Shown in pieces: positions 47,718 to 57,308 of a stretch of 64,000 bases of DNA. A program made the position numbers and the translations under genes. This DNA comes from Candidatus Latescibacterota bacterium (GTDB lineage Bacteria > Latescibacterota > CBDEFO01). The stretch lies in the NCBI GenBank assembly GCA_965248755.1, contig OZ252149.1:2752001-2816000 (forward strand), written 5' to 3'. The notes under the pieces were generated by a model. That model saw only the letters and a list, made by a program, of their open reading frames with translations. It made no database searches and was not told the origin of the DNA. Within the stretch, counting starts at the first letter, position 1; the number at the start of each line of letters is the position of its first letter.

Positions 47718-49418
47718 TCACATTCTCTCCGGTTTCTTCATCCCCAAGAGCCCTAAGGCGCTCCCTATGACGACCTTTGCAGAATACACAAGAGCGATTC
47801 TGGCCTTTGTCAACTCTGCATCGTCGCCTAAAACTCTGCAATTGTTGTAAAACTTATTCGCTGCCGTAGCCACATCTGTGAGGTGTCCGGCGACTATAGA
47901 CGGCTCATACGCCTCGGCGGCGGCCATCACGATCTGAGGGAATCTTTCCAGAAGCTTGATAAGGTCTGCTTCGGTCTCATGCGTCAGAAGCCCTGCCTCA
48001 AGCTCCTTTTCCATCTCTTTGCCGTACTTCGTCAGGACACTGCACAGCCTTGCGTGGGTGTACTGCATGTACGGCCCTGTCTCGCCGTCAAAGTTGAGCG
48101 CTCTGTCCCAGTCAAAAACCACGTTTTTTGTCCGCCTGCTGGACAGATCTGCAAATATCACAGCCCCGATCCCCACGTCCCTTGCTACACCCTCCTTGTC
48201 CTCAAGATCAGGGTTCTTCTCCTCTATTATCTCCCCTGTGAACTCCACAGCGCCATTCAGCACATCCTCCAAGAATACTACGTTCCCCTGCCGAGTGGCG
48301 ATCTTTCCCTCCTTAAAGCTCATAATTCCGAACGGAACGTGGACGCACCTTTCTACCCAATCCATTCCCATCAACTCCAGGGCCTTGAACAGTTGCCTGA
48401 AGTGGAGACTCTGGCCTACATCTGTCGTATAGATCAGCTTATCGAAATTGTACTCCTTAAATCTGTACAATGCAGCGGCCAAGTCCCTGCTGTGATATAT
48501 GCTCGTCCCGTCGCTCTTCCTCAGAATAAGTGGAGGCATGTCATATTCGCTCAAATCCACTATCAGAGCTCCCTCGCTTTCGGTCGCAATGCCCACGTCC
48601 AGGGCCTTCTGGACTGTCTCATCTATCATTTCTACGTAGAAACTTTCTCCCGCGTACGAGTCGAAGTCCACGTCCAGAGCCTGGTAAATCCTCTTAAACT
48701 CCTTTAGACTCTCATCCCTGAACCATCTCCACAATTCTACTGCCTCATTGTCCCCCTGCTCGAGCCTTTGAGACCATTCATTAGCTTCTTTACCCAGAGA
48801 ATCGTCCTTCTTTGCCTCCTCCTGATATTTCACATAGAGCTTGAAAAGCTCTGCCATGGTCTCTACTTCAACCTTTTCTCTATCGCCCCATCTTTTATAC
48901 GCAGCGATAATCTGGGTAAAATTAGTCCCCCAGTCCCCCAGATGATTCACTCCAATACAATTATAGCCCAAGAATTCGTAAATCTTCTTTATGGAATTCC
49001 CTATGGCTGTGGATCTCAGGTGTGCTATATGAAAGGGTTTCGCTATGTTGGGCGAGGAATAGTCTATCACTACAGTCTTGCCGAGACCCTCACCGCTCCT
49101 GCCGTAATCTTCTCCCTCGTTTAAGATCCTGTTTAAGACATACCGGGTAAGCTCCGTCTTGTCGACGAAAAAATTCAGATATGGCCCGGCGCTCCTGATC
49201 TGGGTTACATATCTGATCCCCTTGATCTTGCCCGATAGCCCGTTAGCTATTTCTACCGGATTCTTCTTAAACTCTTTTGCCAGTAAAAAACACGGGAAAG
49301 CGTAATCGCCCATCTTCCCGTCCGGAGGAATTTCCAATGCTCCTTGAACCTTACGTCTGTCGATATTTGCTTCTTTACTTATAACATCAGCTATTTCGTC
49401 TATGAACGGATTTATCAA
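47718..49418 (-). CDS. argS: Arginyl-tRNA synthetase
   Basis: DYSSPNIAKPFHIAHLRS, NHLGDWG, GETGPYMQYTHAR, C-terminal PERM. Confidence 0.96.
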   Translation of the reverse strand: MINPFIDEIADVISKEANIDRRKVQGALEIPPDGKMGDYAFPCFLLAKEFKKNPVEIANGLSGKIKGIRYVTQIRSAGPYLNFFVDKTELTRYVLNRILNEGEDYGRSGEGLGKTVVIDYSSPNIAKPFHIAHLRSTAIGNSIKKIYEFLGYNCIGVNHLGDWGTNFTQIIAAYKRWGDREKVEVETMAELFKLYVKYQEEAKKDDSLGKEANEWSQRLEQGDNEAVELWRWFRDESLKEFKRIYQALDVDFDSYAGESFYVEMIDETVQKALDVGIATESEGALIVDLSEYDMPPLILRKSDGTSIYHSRDLAAALYRFKEYNFDKLIYTTDVGQSLHFRQLFKALELMGMDWVERCVHVPFGIMSFKEGKIATRQGNVVFLEDVLNGAVEFTGEIIEEKNPDLEDKEGVARDVGIGAVIFADLSSRRTKNVVFDWDRALNFDGETGPYMQYTHARLCSVLTKYGKEMEKELEAGLLTHETEADLIKLLERFPQIVMAAAEAYEPSIVAGHLTDVATAANKFYNNCRVLGDDAELTKARIALVYSAKVVIGSALGLLGMKKPERM

Positions 49419-49425
49419 GAACGTC

Positions 49426-50031
49426 TCACCTTTTCAAGTATTCAACCAGATCGTTTATCGAGATAACTCTGATATCATACCTGCCTGCAAATTGAACTAA
49501 TTCGTCTAATGTAGCCATACCTCCATCTTCATCCAGGATCTCGCATATTACGGCTGCAGGATATAAACCGGCCCCAATAGATAGATCGACTGCCGCTTCG
49601 GTATGACCCGGTCTTTTTAGTACGCCACCCTCTTCATACCTTAAAGGAAACATGTGACCCGGTCTTAGCAGGTCTTCCGGGGTCGTATCTGGATCTAAAA
49701 CGGCCTTAATTGTCCTTGCTCTATCGTAAGCTGATACCCCTGTCGTTGTGCCCTTTTTTGCATCGATTGACACCGTAAATGCACATCTTGTTATCTCGGT
49801 ATTCTCCTTGACCATTTGAGGAATCTTTAATTCATGAAGTCGTTTCCCCGTTATGGCCAGACAAAGGAGACCGCGGGCATATCTGAGCATGAAATTTATC
49901 TTTTCCGGAGTGGCCTTCTCTGCCGCTATTACCAAGTCACCTTCATTTTCTCGCTTTTCATCATCTACTACTATGACGAATTTCCCCGCTTTGATGTATT
50001 CTATTGCTTCGTTGATAGTCCAAAATGACAT
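49426..50031 (-). CDS. ribB: 3,4-dihydroxy-2-butanone-4-phosphate synthase
   Basis: DDEKRENEGD, FTVSID, RPGHMFPL, GHTEAAVD, ICEI. Confidence 0.95.
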   Translation of the reverse strand: MSFWTINEAIEYIKAGKFVIVVDDEKRENEGDLVIAAEKATPEKINFMLRYARGLLCLAITGKRLHELKIPQMVKENTEITRCAFTVSIDAKKGTTTGVSAYDRARTIKAVLDPDTTPEDLLRPGHMFPLRYEEGGVLKRPGHTEAAVDLSIGAGLYPAAVICEILDEDGGMATLDELVQFAGRYDIRVISINDLVEYLKR

Positions 50032-50109
50032 TTGTTACCTTTAACTGAATCCTGGATATGCGGTATTTGCGCAGCAGTGTGCTTTCAGATAAGGCATTAC
50101 ACAGACTCC

Positions 50110-50817
50110 TTACTCCTCCTTTACGCCGCAGTATAGGCTCACAATCCCGAACGTAAGGCGCTTTTCCTCCAAATCTTTGAATCCCGCCTGCTCCATATAA
50201 CGCAAGAATTCGTCTCCCTGGGCAAATTGCGTCGTGGAATCGTAGAGGTAGCGATAGGCCTGCGGATCTCCTGAAACGAGGCCCCCTATAGTGGTAAGAA
50301 CGTACTTAAAATACAAAAAATACGCTGCCTTGAGAATTGGTATCGTCGGTCTTGAGAACTCTAACACCACAGATCTCCCGCTCGACCTTAAGACTCTGTA
50401 GATCTCCCCCAAACTCCTGTCTAGATCCACAACGTTCCTAACACCGAACCCCACTATCATCCCGTCGAAAGTGTCATTTCCAAAGGGCAGTTGCCCTGCG
50501 TCTGCGCAAACCAAAGAGAGTGTTTTTTCATATCCCTTTGTATGAAATTTCTCGGCGCACAGCTTCAGCATTTCTTGTGCGGCGTCCACGCCTACTATAT
50601 TCGTCAAAGTTCCCTTTCTTACGACTGCTAACCCCATATCTCCCGTCCCGACGCACAGATCTAGAATTCTCTCTTTCTCTTTTATCTCTAAGAGCTTTGC
50701 GGCAGAATTTCTCCAGTAAAGATCGAGGCCGAAGCTCAGCAATCTATTTAAAAGATCGTAGGTCTTCGATATCCTCTTGAACATACCTGTGATGGAGTTC
50801 TGATCTTCCCTTTTCAC
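50110..50817 (-). CDS. ubiE: UbiE/MenG quinone C-methyltransferase
   Basis: YDLLNRLLSFG, LDLCVGTGD, FGVRNV, LEFS, AYRYL. Confidence 0.9.
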   Translation of the reverse strand: MKREDQNSITGMFKRISKTYDLLNRLLSFGLDLYWRNSAAKLLEIKEKERILDLCVGTGDMGLAVVRKGTLTNIVGVDAAQEMLKLCAEKFHTKGYEKTLSLVCADAGQLPFGNDTFDGMIVGFGVRNVVDLDRSLGEIYRVLRSSGRSVVLEFSRPTIPILKAAYFLYFKYVLTTIGGLVSGDPQAYRYLYDSTTQFAQGDEFLRYMEQAGFKDLEEKRLTFGIVSLYCGVKEE

Positions 50818-51674
50818 TTAAATCGCTCTATAAGGCTTCTCTTCATCACGTCAGTCGGAGGTTCTATGCCCGTCCATATCTGGAAAGACCTTGCCCCCTG
50901 AAGAACCAGCATGTCCAGCCCGCCTATGACCTTGGCTCCTCGTGATTTGGCCTCGGACATCAGTTTCGTCTCCGCTGGGTTCGGCACAGAATCAAAGACC
51001 ACCAGGCGGCTGTGGAAGCCTGAACCGTCGCAGAGGGGAGAGGCATCCACATTAGGATGCATGCCCACAGAGGTCACATTGATTAACAACTCACAGTCTT
51101 TCAGTTCATCCTTTAGAACCTGGCTCTGTAGCACGTTGCTCCTTATCCCCTTTCCCCGATTGGAGAACTCATCTTTTAACTTTTCGGCCTTTTCGGCCGT
51201 TCGATTTAGTATCAGAATCTCTTCGACCTCGTCCACTGTCGTCAGTCCATAGATGACAGCCCTTGCGGCTCCACCTGCACCTAATACTACGACTTTAGGC
51301 GCAAAACAGCCTTTGCCCCCCTCTCTCCTCAAAGATTCAAGGAATCCGTAGACATCGGTATTATGGCCTGTAAGCTTCCCATCCGTGTTAGCTATAGTAT
51401 TAACCGCGCCTACAGCTTGGGCTTCCTGTGAAATCTCGTCCAGAAACTCCATAACTGCCATCTTATGTGGTATCGTTACATTGGTTCCGCCCATACCAAG
51501 GCCTCTTATTCCTCGTACAGTATCCTCAACGTTCTCTGGCAATACATCAAATGCGACGTAGCACCAGTCAATCCCCAAAGCCTCAATAGCCGCATTGTGC
51601 ATAGCTGGAGAGAGCGAATGACTTATAGGGTGTCCGATGACGGCAAGGAGCTTGGTGTTGCTCGTAATCTTCAA
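50814..51674 (-). CDS. aroE: Shikimate dehydrogenase
   Basis: HSLSPAMHN, NVTIPHK, GAVNT, NTD, GAGGAARA, NRT, GLDML..Q. Confidence 0.95.
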   Translation of the reverse strand: MKITSNTKLLAVIGHPISHSLSPAMHNAAIEALGIDWCYVAFDVLPENVEDTVRGIRGLGMGGTNVTIPHKMAVMEFLDEISQEAQAVGAVNTIANTDGKLTGHNTDVYGFLESLRREGGKGCFAPKVVVLGAGGAARAVIYGLTTVDEVEEILILNRTAEKAEKLKDEFSNRGKGIRSNVLQSQVLKDELKDCELLINVTSVGMHPNVDASPLCDGSGFHSRLVVFDSVPNPAETKLMSEAKSRGAKVIGGLDMLVLQGARSFQIWTGIEPPTDVMKRSLIERFK

Positions 51675-51679
51675 GAGCT

Positions 51680-51826
51680 TTACTGCCCTCCCAGGAGATC
51701 GGCTATGAATTGATCTGCAATCTCAAAGCTCTCCCGCCATGAACACTTATAGGCGTACTTGATCAGCACTATTCCGCCCAGGAGGATAAACGCTATGAAA
51801 ATTAGAAACTGAAAAAGAGCTCTCAT
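51680..51826 (-). CDS. Small single-pass membrane protein (48 aa), absent from the ORF track
   Basis: MRALFQFLIFIAFILLGGIVLIKYAYKCSWRESFEIADQFIADLLGGQ; AAGGAG RBS within the aroA end; fills the aroA-aroE gap. Confidence 0.7.
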   Translation of the reverse strand: MRALFQFLIFIAFILLGGIVLIKYAYKCSWRESFEIADQFIADLLGGQ

Positions 51827-51828
51827 CG

Positions 51829-53130
51829 TCAGTTCTCCTTCAAAGAGTCCAAAATGTCAAAAAACCCCGGAAAAGATATGTCCACCCACTCTGTTCCCTG
51901 AATTATCGTCTCACCTTCGGATACCAATCCTGCAACAGCGAACGCCATGGCCGTTCTGTGATCTTTGAAGCTATCTATCCTTGTCCCCTGAAGCCTTCTG
52001 CCTCCCTCAATTATAAAGCCGTCCTGAAGTTCCCCCACCTTTGCCTCCATTCTCCTCAAATTATCGACCAGGGCCGTTATCCGGTCTGTTTCCTTCTTCC
52101 TCAGCTCTTCGGCGTCTCTGACCAAGAATTCGCCCGTTGCCTGCGTTGCAGCCACAGCCAATATGGGGATCTCATCGATCAGCGTCGGAACAATATCTCC
52201 ACCTATTTTTGTCCTTTTCAACTCCGAACCTCTCACCACGATGTCTCCTACGAGTTCGCCTCCACTTTGGTACTCATTTTCAACGGATATGCTCGCCCCC
52301 ATTCTCCTTAAGATGTCCAATATGCCTCGCCTTGTGGGATTCAGTCCCACGTCTTTGATCACAACCTCGGAATTGGGCACAATTGCCGCTGCTACTATGA
52401 AAAACGCCGCCGCCGAAATATCACCCGGAACGATAATGTCTATCGCATCCAACTCGACGCCTCCCTCAACAGACACCTCGTATTCCTTTCTATCCTTCAG
52501 CCTTACTGTCTTAACGCTTGCTCCTGCAGATTTCAACATCCTTTCGGTGTGATCTCTAGTTTTTGTCGTCTCTATGATTGAGGTCGTGCCATCTGCGTAT
52601 AGTCCTGCCAAGAGGATGCACGACTTGACCTGCGCGCTTAAAACCGGCAGCTCGTAGCATATAGACTCAAGGTCCCCCCCCGCGATCTTCAAGGGCGGAT
52701 ACTCGTCATCCAGGCCCGAAATCTGGGCACCCATCAACCTCAAGGGCTTCATAATCCTCCCCATCGGACGCTTATTTAATGACTCATCGCCTTTCAGACA
52801 GCACTCAAAGCCCTGACCGGCTAATATCCCGGACAGAAGCCGCATCGTTGTCCCCGAGTTTTCGGCGTTCAGTGCGCCATCGGATCTCTTAAGCCCCCTA
52901 AGACCTGTGCCCTGAACGACTATCCCGTTATCGCTCCTGTCTATCTTTACACCCAGGTCTCTCAGGCAGTTGACTGTGCTCTGGCAATCCTTGCCTGAAG
53001 GGAAATTCTCTATCCTGCTTTTCCCCCTTGCGATGCCTCCCATCATCACAGCCCGATGCGAGATAGATTTATCCCCCGGAACTGTAACTTCTCCTTTTAG
53101 GACTTTAGCCGGAGTTATCGTCCTTTCCAT
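51829..53130 (-). CDS. aroA: EPSP synthase (class II)
   Basis: PGDKSISHR, NSGTTMRL, SAQVKS, RDHTE, RKKETDR, DHR. Confidence 0.96.
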   Translation of the reverse strand: MERTITPAKVLKGEVTVPGDKSISHRAVMMGGIARGKSRIENFPSGKDCQSTVNCLRDLGVKIDRSDNGIVVQGTGLRGLKRSDGALNAENSGTTMRLLSGILAGQGFECCLKGDESLNKRPMGRIMKPLRLMGAQISGLDDEYPPLKIAGGDLESICYELPVLSAQVKSCILLAGLYADGTTSIIETTKTRDHTERMLKSAGASVKTVRLKDRKEYEVSVEGGVELDAIDIIVPGDISAAAFFIVAAAIVPNSEVVIKDVGLNPTRRGILDILRRMGASISVENEYQSGGELVGDIVVRGSELKRTKIGGDIVPTLIDEIPILAVAATQATGEFLVRDAEELRKKETDRITALVDNLRRMEAKVGELQDGFIIEGGRRLQGTRIDSFKDHRTAMAFAVAGLVSEGETIIQGTEWVDISFPGFFDILDSLKEN

Positions 53131-53527
53131 AGATGTCCTTTTCTCTCAAATAGCGTTCCATTCGACTCAAAAACTCTTCAGCCTCTGCTATTCTTGTCTC
53201 TGCTGTTTCTACCGACACCTCCTGACTTACCCTATAGTCTGATATATTCCTGTCGTCGAAGGCAGTGCTCAACATTCTCCCGTACTTGGCATCTATCGAG
53301 CCTTTCTTAACTAATTCCAAGCCGAACAAAGATATAACACCCGAATGTTTTGAAGGGTTCTTTCCTATTGAAATGAGAACAGAGGTAGCGGCGTAGAAGA
53401 CGGCGTAATACACCTTGGATACGGAATCTCTAATCAGTCCATTATAGAGGAGCAACCTTGCAGCCTGCAGAGCTTCATCAGCTCTATCCAGATACGCCCG
53501 AATTGCCTCTAATTGTTCCTCTTCCAT
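53105..53527 (-). CDS. HEPN-domain protein (toxin side of an MNT-HEPN pair)
   Basis: YYAVFYAA, SKHSGV, DRNISDY; overlaps both the MNT gene and aroA. Confidence 0.85.
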   Translation of the reverse strand: MEEEQLEAIRAYLDRADEALQAARLLLYNGLIRDSVSKVYYAVFYAATSVLISIGKNPSKHSGVISLFGLELVKKGSIDAKYGRMLSTAFDDRNISDYRVSQEVSVETAETRIAEAEEFLSRMERYLREKDIYGKDDNSG

Positions 53528-53895
53528 ATCCTTTTTCCCTCTACCTGAACGTTATGTATGAAAGGATAGAAGCTCAACTTGTCCTCAGGAATATGTGAAG
53601 AGGGCATGGTTTGAACGGATATAATGAATCTGAAGTCATGCTTATCCTGGAGGTCGTACGCTATGTCTCTTAGACTCTCCAGCAACTCCCGATCCTCAGC
53701 GGGAACAGCTACCAGAATATCAATATCCGATTCGGCAGTGGAATCTCCTCTCGCCTTGGAGCCATAGAGCCATATAGAGTCGATCCTATCTTCAAATTCC
53801 CCTACAACTTTCCCCACATATGTATCTATAATTTCCCTTTCCTCATTCGACAGGCTCGTTATTGTCTCTAAACTATCTTTGCGATCTTCTATCAT
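53509..53895 (-). CDS. Minimal nucleotidyltransferase (MNT antitoxin)
   Basis: LYGSKARGD...SDIDI, C-terminal EGKRIW; likely ATG at 53895. Confidence 0.88.
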   Translation of the reverse strand: MIEDRKDSLETITSLSNEEREIIDTYVGKVVGEFEDRIDSIWLYGSKARGDSTAESDIDILVAVPAEDRELLESLRDIAYDLQDKHDFRFIISVQTMPSSHIPEDKLSFYPFIHNVQVEGKRIWKRNN

Positions 53896-53915
53896 CTTCT
53901 CCACGCCTCGTAGCC
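53824..53915. repeat. 92-bp direct repeat, copy 1
   Basis: 86/92 identical (manual count) to 54588-54679. Confidence 0.9.
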
Positions 53916-53971
53916 ATAATTGAGGGGTAGCCATAAACGGAAGGGTCCCTTATGTAGAAATGGGGACAGAA

Positions 53972-54589
53972 TCATTCCTTTTGAGCTAGAATCCATAAAT
54001 GATGTTCTAAATAAGGGTGTTCTTCTTCCACATGAAGGAGTCTAAATCCAGCTTCTTGAATTAATTTCTTATTTTCTTCAATTGAATAAGAACTCCATGC
54101 CATCTCTGAACCAATCCACTCTTCAACAGCCATAAGCATTCCGTTCGTTCCCATGGTAACAAGAATAGGCCCTTTTTCTTTGAGAATAGTGTAAATTTTT
54201 TCAAAAAGATGTTTATGCTCTTCTCTCGGAATATGAAAAATTGCGTATAATGAAACAACAGCATCAAACGATCCTGATTCAAAATCAATATTAGACAAAT
54301 CTCCTTTTATGTATTTTGCCTGAGGGACATTCTTCCTTGCAATGTTGATATGTTTTTGTGAAATGTCTATGCCTGTAATCTCGCAGCCAGATTTAACGAG
54401 ATATTTATCGTAGGGTATTCCAATACCTGAACCAAGATCAAGGACTTTTGCATTTTTAGGGATTAAGTGTAGTAATTTATCAAAAAATCTTTGTTCCATT
54501 TCATTCAGATTTTTATTTAATCTAAAGAATTTTTGGTAATCTCCCTCATCATATCCTTTTTCAACAATTTTCCGTATATCTTTTACCAT
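53972..54589 (-). CDS. Class I SAM-dependent methyltransferase (AT-rich, inserted)
   Basis: VLDLGSGIG, GIDIS, FDAVVSLYAIFH; visibly AT-richer than its neighbours. Confidence 0.88.
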   Translation of the reverse strand: MVKDIRKIVEKGYDEGDYQKFFRLNKNLNEMEQRFFDKLLHLIPKNAKVLDLGSGIGIPYDKYLVKSGCEITGIDISQKHINIARKNVPQAKYIKGDLSNIDFESGSFDAVVSLYAIFHIPREEHKHLFEKIYTILKEKGPILVTMGTNGMLMAVEEWIGSEMAWSSYSIEENKKLIQEAGFRLLHVEEEHPYLEHHLWILAQKE

Positions 54590-54679
54590 CTACAATTTCC
54601 CTTTCCTCATTCGACAAGCCCGTTATTGTCTCTAAACTATCGTTGCAATCTTCTATCATCTTCTCCTCGCCTCGTAGCC
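54588..54679. repeat. 92-bp direct repeat, copy 2 (tyrA 3' end plus MNT 5' end)
   Basis: Encodes the tyrA C-terminus and MIEDCNDSLETITGLSNEEREIVD, a copy of the MNT N-terminus. Confidence 0.9.
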
Positions 54680-55759
54680 TTCTCTTGTCAATAGTTCCAC
54701 GGCCTTATCCGCCTCTCTATTTCCCTCGAAGGCCAACCTTAAAGTTCCTCCCTCGCCCTCCCTTACCTTGAGGACCTCTATGTCGCTGATATTGATGTTC
54801 TCATCTGCCAATATTCCTGAAATTTTGGCGATCGCGCCGGGTCTGTCCTCAGCTACCGCTAAGATCTCAGGGTGAGGTCTCAAGAATCCCTTGGAGTCTT
54901 TCGGTATGCTGTCGCGTGTTCTGTTTGCCGCTCGGAATGCCTCTTCAAGGCCCTTCTGTTTGAGCTTTGTTTTTGTATCCTCAAGATAAGATATATAGCA
55001 GTCTATCGTACCCAAGATACGATCTGTGTTCGTGGCGCAGATGTCCTCCCACATCGTGTAGGGACTCGAGGCTATCCTGGTCATATCTCTGAATCCCCCT
55101 GCGGCTAATTGAAGGAAGAGGCCGTTCTCCTCATTCAAGTTTCCCACCATCTGAACCAGAGCCACAGCCATCATCTGAGGCAGATGGCTGATAGCTGCTG
55201 CTATCGTGTCGTGATCAGAAGGGGACATCTTTATAATCTTGGCTCCTGTAGATTTCAGCAGATCTTCAAGACTGTTCGACACTTCATCTGGAACATTCTT
55301 CCCCGGAGTCAAGACGTATATCGCATTTTGGAACAGGAATGGATCGGAAGCGCCTACGCCTCTGCTTTCGGACCCCGCCATAGGGTGACCGCCTACGAAA
55401 TACGCTCCGCTTTTTAGGACACTTTCCGCCGTCGCCGTGATCTCTTCCTTTGTGCTTCCCACGTCTGTTATTACCGCTCCATCTTTTACGTATCTCGAGA
55501 TTTCTCGCAAAAGTTCCTGAATTCTGAGTATAGGTGTGCACAAAAAGACAAGGTCGGCTTCGGCTATGTGTCCTTTCATCTCCTCATAGGCGCACCCATC
55601 GTCTATCGCGCCTAATTGCAGAGCCTTACGGATCGTAGACTTTCTGCTTATGCCAAAAACCCTCCTTTCTGATCCTGTCCTCTTCAAAGCCAGCCCTAAA
55701 GAACCGCCGATCAATCCTACACCCACAATCGCTATATTCTTAAAGTCCGATTTATCCAT
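54656..55759 (-). CDS. tyrA: Prephenate/arogenate dehydrogenase with C-terminal ACT domain
   Basis: GVGLIGGS, DVGSTK, GHPMAGSE, SHLPQ, GFRDMTRIA, DRPG ACT motif. Confidence 0.93.
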   Translation of the reverse strand: MDKSDFKNIAIVGVGLIGGSLGLALKRTGSERRVFGISRKSTIRKALQLGAIDDGCAYEEMKGHIAEADLVFLCTPILRIQELLREISRYVKDGAVITDVGSTKEEITATAESVLKSGAYFVGGHPMAGSESRGVGASDPFLFQNAIYVLTPGKNVPDEVSNSLEDLLKSTGAKIIKMSPSDHDTIAAAISHLPQMMAVALVQMVGNLNEENGLFLQLAAGGFRDMTRIASSPYTMWEDICATNTDRILGTIDCYISYLEDTKTKLKQKGLEEAFRAANRTRDSIPKDSKGFLRPHPEILAVAEDRPGAIAKISGILADENINISDIEVLKVREGEGGTLRLAFEGNREADKAVELLTREGYEARRR

Positions 55760-55798
55760 GCTAACGCTCCAGATACAGCTCTTGTCTTTTCCTGTCTA

Positions 55799-55821
55799 CC
55801 CCCCGTTGAATCTATCGGGGG
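55799..55821. repeat. Palindromic mini-element copy
   Basis: CCCCCCGTTGAATCTATCGGGGG. Confidence 0.75.
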
Positions 55822-55835
55822 TGCTGTTTACTATC

Positions 55836-56852
55836 TTACTGCATTTTTTTCTCCACGACTGCTCCTATAGCCCTTATCTCCTTCATCATCACCTCGAACT
55901 GATCGGGGAAGAGGGACTGAGCACCGTCGGACAGGGCGTGATCGGGATCGTGGTGAACCTCGATCATCAGGCCGTCTGCTCCAGCGGCTATCGAGGCCCT
56001 TGCCATAGGTGCCACCTTGTTCCTTATTCCCGTTCCCTGACTGGGATCGGATATGATCGGAAGGTGGGAGAGCTTCTTGACCACAGGGATCGCGCTGATA
56101 TCCAGTGTGTTTCTGGTATATTTTTCAAATGTCCTTATTCCGCGCTCGCAGAGGATCACTCTGTGATTTCCTCCCGAACAGATGTACTCCGCGGACATGA
56201 GCCACTCCTCAATCGTCGCGCACATCCCCCGCTTTAAGAGGACAGGCTTGGAGGTCTTCCCCAACTCCCTCAGCAAAGTAAAGTTAGCCATGTTGCGGGT
56301 CCCCACCTGGAAGATGTCGGCGTATTCCTCAATTAGTGCGATCTGGCTTGCATCCATAACCTCAGTCACTACGGGCATCGAGAATCTATCTCCAGCTTCA
56401 CGAAGGAGCTTTAAGCCCTCCTCGCCCAGGCCCTGGAAGCTGTAGGGAGATGTCCGCGGTTTGAACGCTCCACCTCTTAGGATGTTTGCCCCGGAGCTTT
56501 TGATCCTTTCGGATATGATCCTAAGCTGATCTCTGCTCTCCACAGAACACGGACCAGCCATTACGGCTATCTTGTCTCCGCCGATCTCCACGCCGTTCAC
56601 GTCTATGATAGTGTCCTCCGATCTGAAGCCTCTGCTGACCAGCTTGTAGGGTTCACTTATCCTGTGAACCTCGTGCACTCCCGGAAGAACCTCAAGGTCT
56701 CTTTCGTCCAAATCTGTATTTGTGCCAATAACCCCTATTACTGTCCTTTCTACTCCCTTAGAAATGTGAGTGTCAAATCCCAACTCCGAGAGCTTTTCGA
56801 CAAGATTCTGGACATTTTCCTCTGACGCTGTACCATCCATAACAATAACCAT
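55836..56852 (-). CDS. aroF: DAHP synthase type I-beta with N-terminal regulatory domain
   Basis: AGPCSVE, RGGAFKPRTSPYSFQG, LLKRG, CERGIRTF, DGLMIEVH. Confidence 0.95.
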   Translation of the reverse strand: MVIVMDGTASEENVQNLVEKLSELGFDTHISKGVERTVIGVIGTNTDLDERDLEVLPGVHEVHRISEPYKLVSRGFRSEDTIIDVNGVEIGGDKIAVMAGPCSVESRDQLRIISERIKSSGANILRGGAFKPRTSPYSFQGLGEEGLKLLREAGDRFSMPVVTEVMDASQIALIEEYADIFQVGTRNMANFTLLRELGKTSKPVLLKRGMCATIEEWLMSAEYICSGGNHRVILCERGIRTFEKYTRNTLDISAIPVVKKLSHLPIISDPSQGTGIRNKVAPMARASIAAGADGLMIEVHHDPDHALSDGAQSLFPDQFEVMMKEIRAIGAVVEKKMQ

Positions 56853-56889
56853 TCGTTCCTTTGACCTCCTTGAAATTAGTGGACAGCAA

Positions 56890-56928
56890 CCCCCGATTGA
56901 ATCTATCCCCGATTGAACCTGTCGGGGA
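56890..56928. repeat. Nested or tandem palindromic mini-elements
   Basis: CCCCCGATTGAATCTA[TCCCCGATTGAACCTGTCGGGGA]. Confidence 0.75.
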
Positions 56929-56995
56929 CTTTGGGAGGTAGTCAGGGCACCGCCTCGTTTCCCTGTATGCTGTCTACTGCTTGCCGTATGCTTGT

Positions 56996-57256
56996 TTAAG
57001 CTCCCCTTTGTAGTTTCCTGGACTCCTCGATAATCCTTTCAAATATCCTCCTAATCGCCTCGTCGCAGAGAGGTCCGTTGTTCAATTTTTGAACCCCATT
57101 CAAAATTGCAGTCTCTCTCTCGGGAGAATGGACATCTTGTCCCTTTTCCCCCTTTATTCTCCCTATCTCTAAAGCGCACTTGGCCCGGCGATTTATAAGC
57201 TCTGCCAAACGGGCGTCTATAGAGTCTATCTCCTCACGCCAGTCTGATATATCCAT
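56996..57256 (-). CDS. Monofunctional chorismate mutase (AroQ type)
   Basis: ATG at 57256 after GGGGAG; WREEIDSID, RAKCALEIGRIK, PERE, IIEESRKLQ. Confidence 0.9.
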   Translation of the reverse strand: MDISDWREEIDSIDARLAELINRRAKCALEIGRIKGEKGQDVHSPERETAILNGVQKLNNGPLCDEAIRRIFERIIEESRKLQRGA

Positions 57257-57285
57257 AGGCAACTCCCCTTGTAAGTAGACAGTAG

Positions 57286-57308
57286 TCCCCGATAGATTCA
57301 ATCGGGGA
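57286..57308. repeat. Palindromic mini-element copy flanked by TAG on both sides
   Basis: TAG-TCCCCGATAGATTCAATCGGGGA-TAG. Confidence 0.8.
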
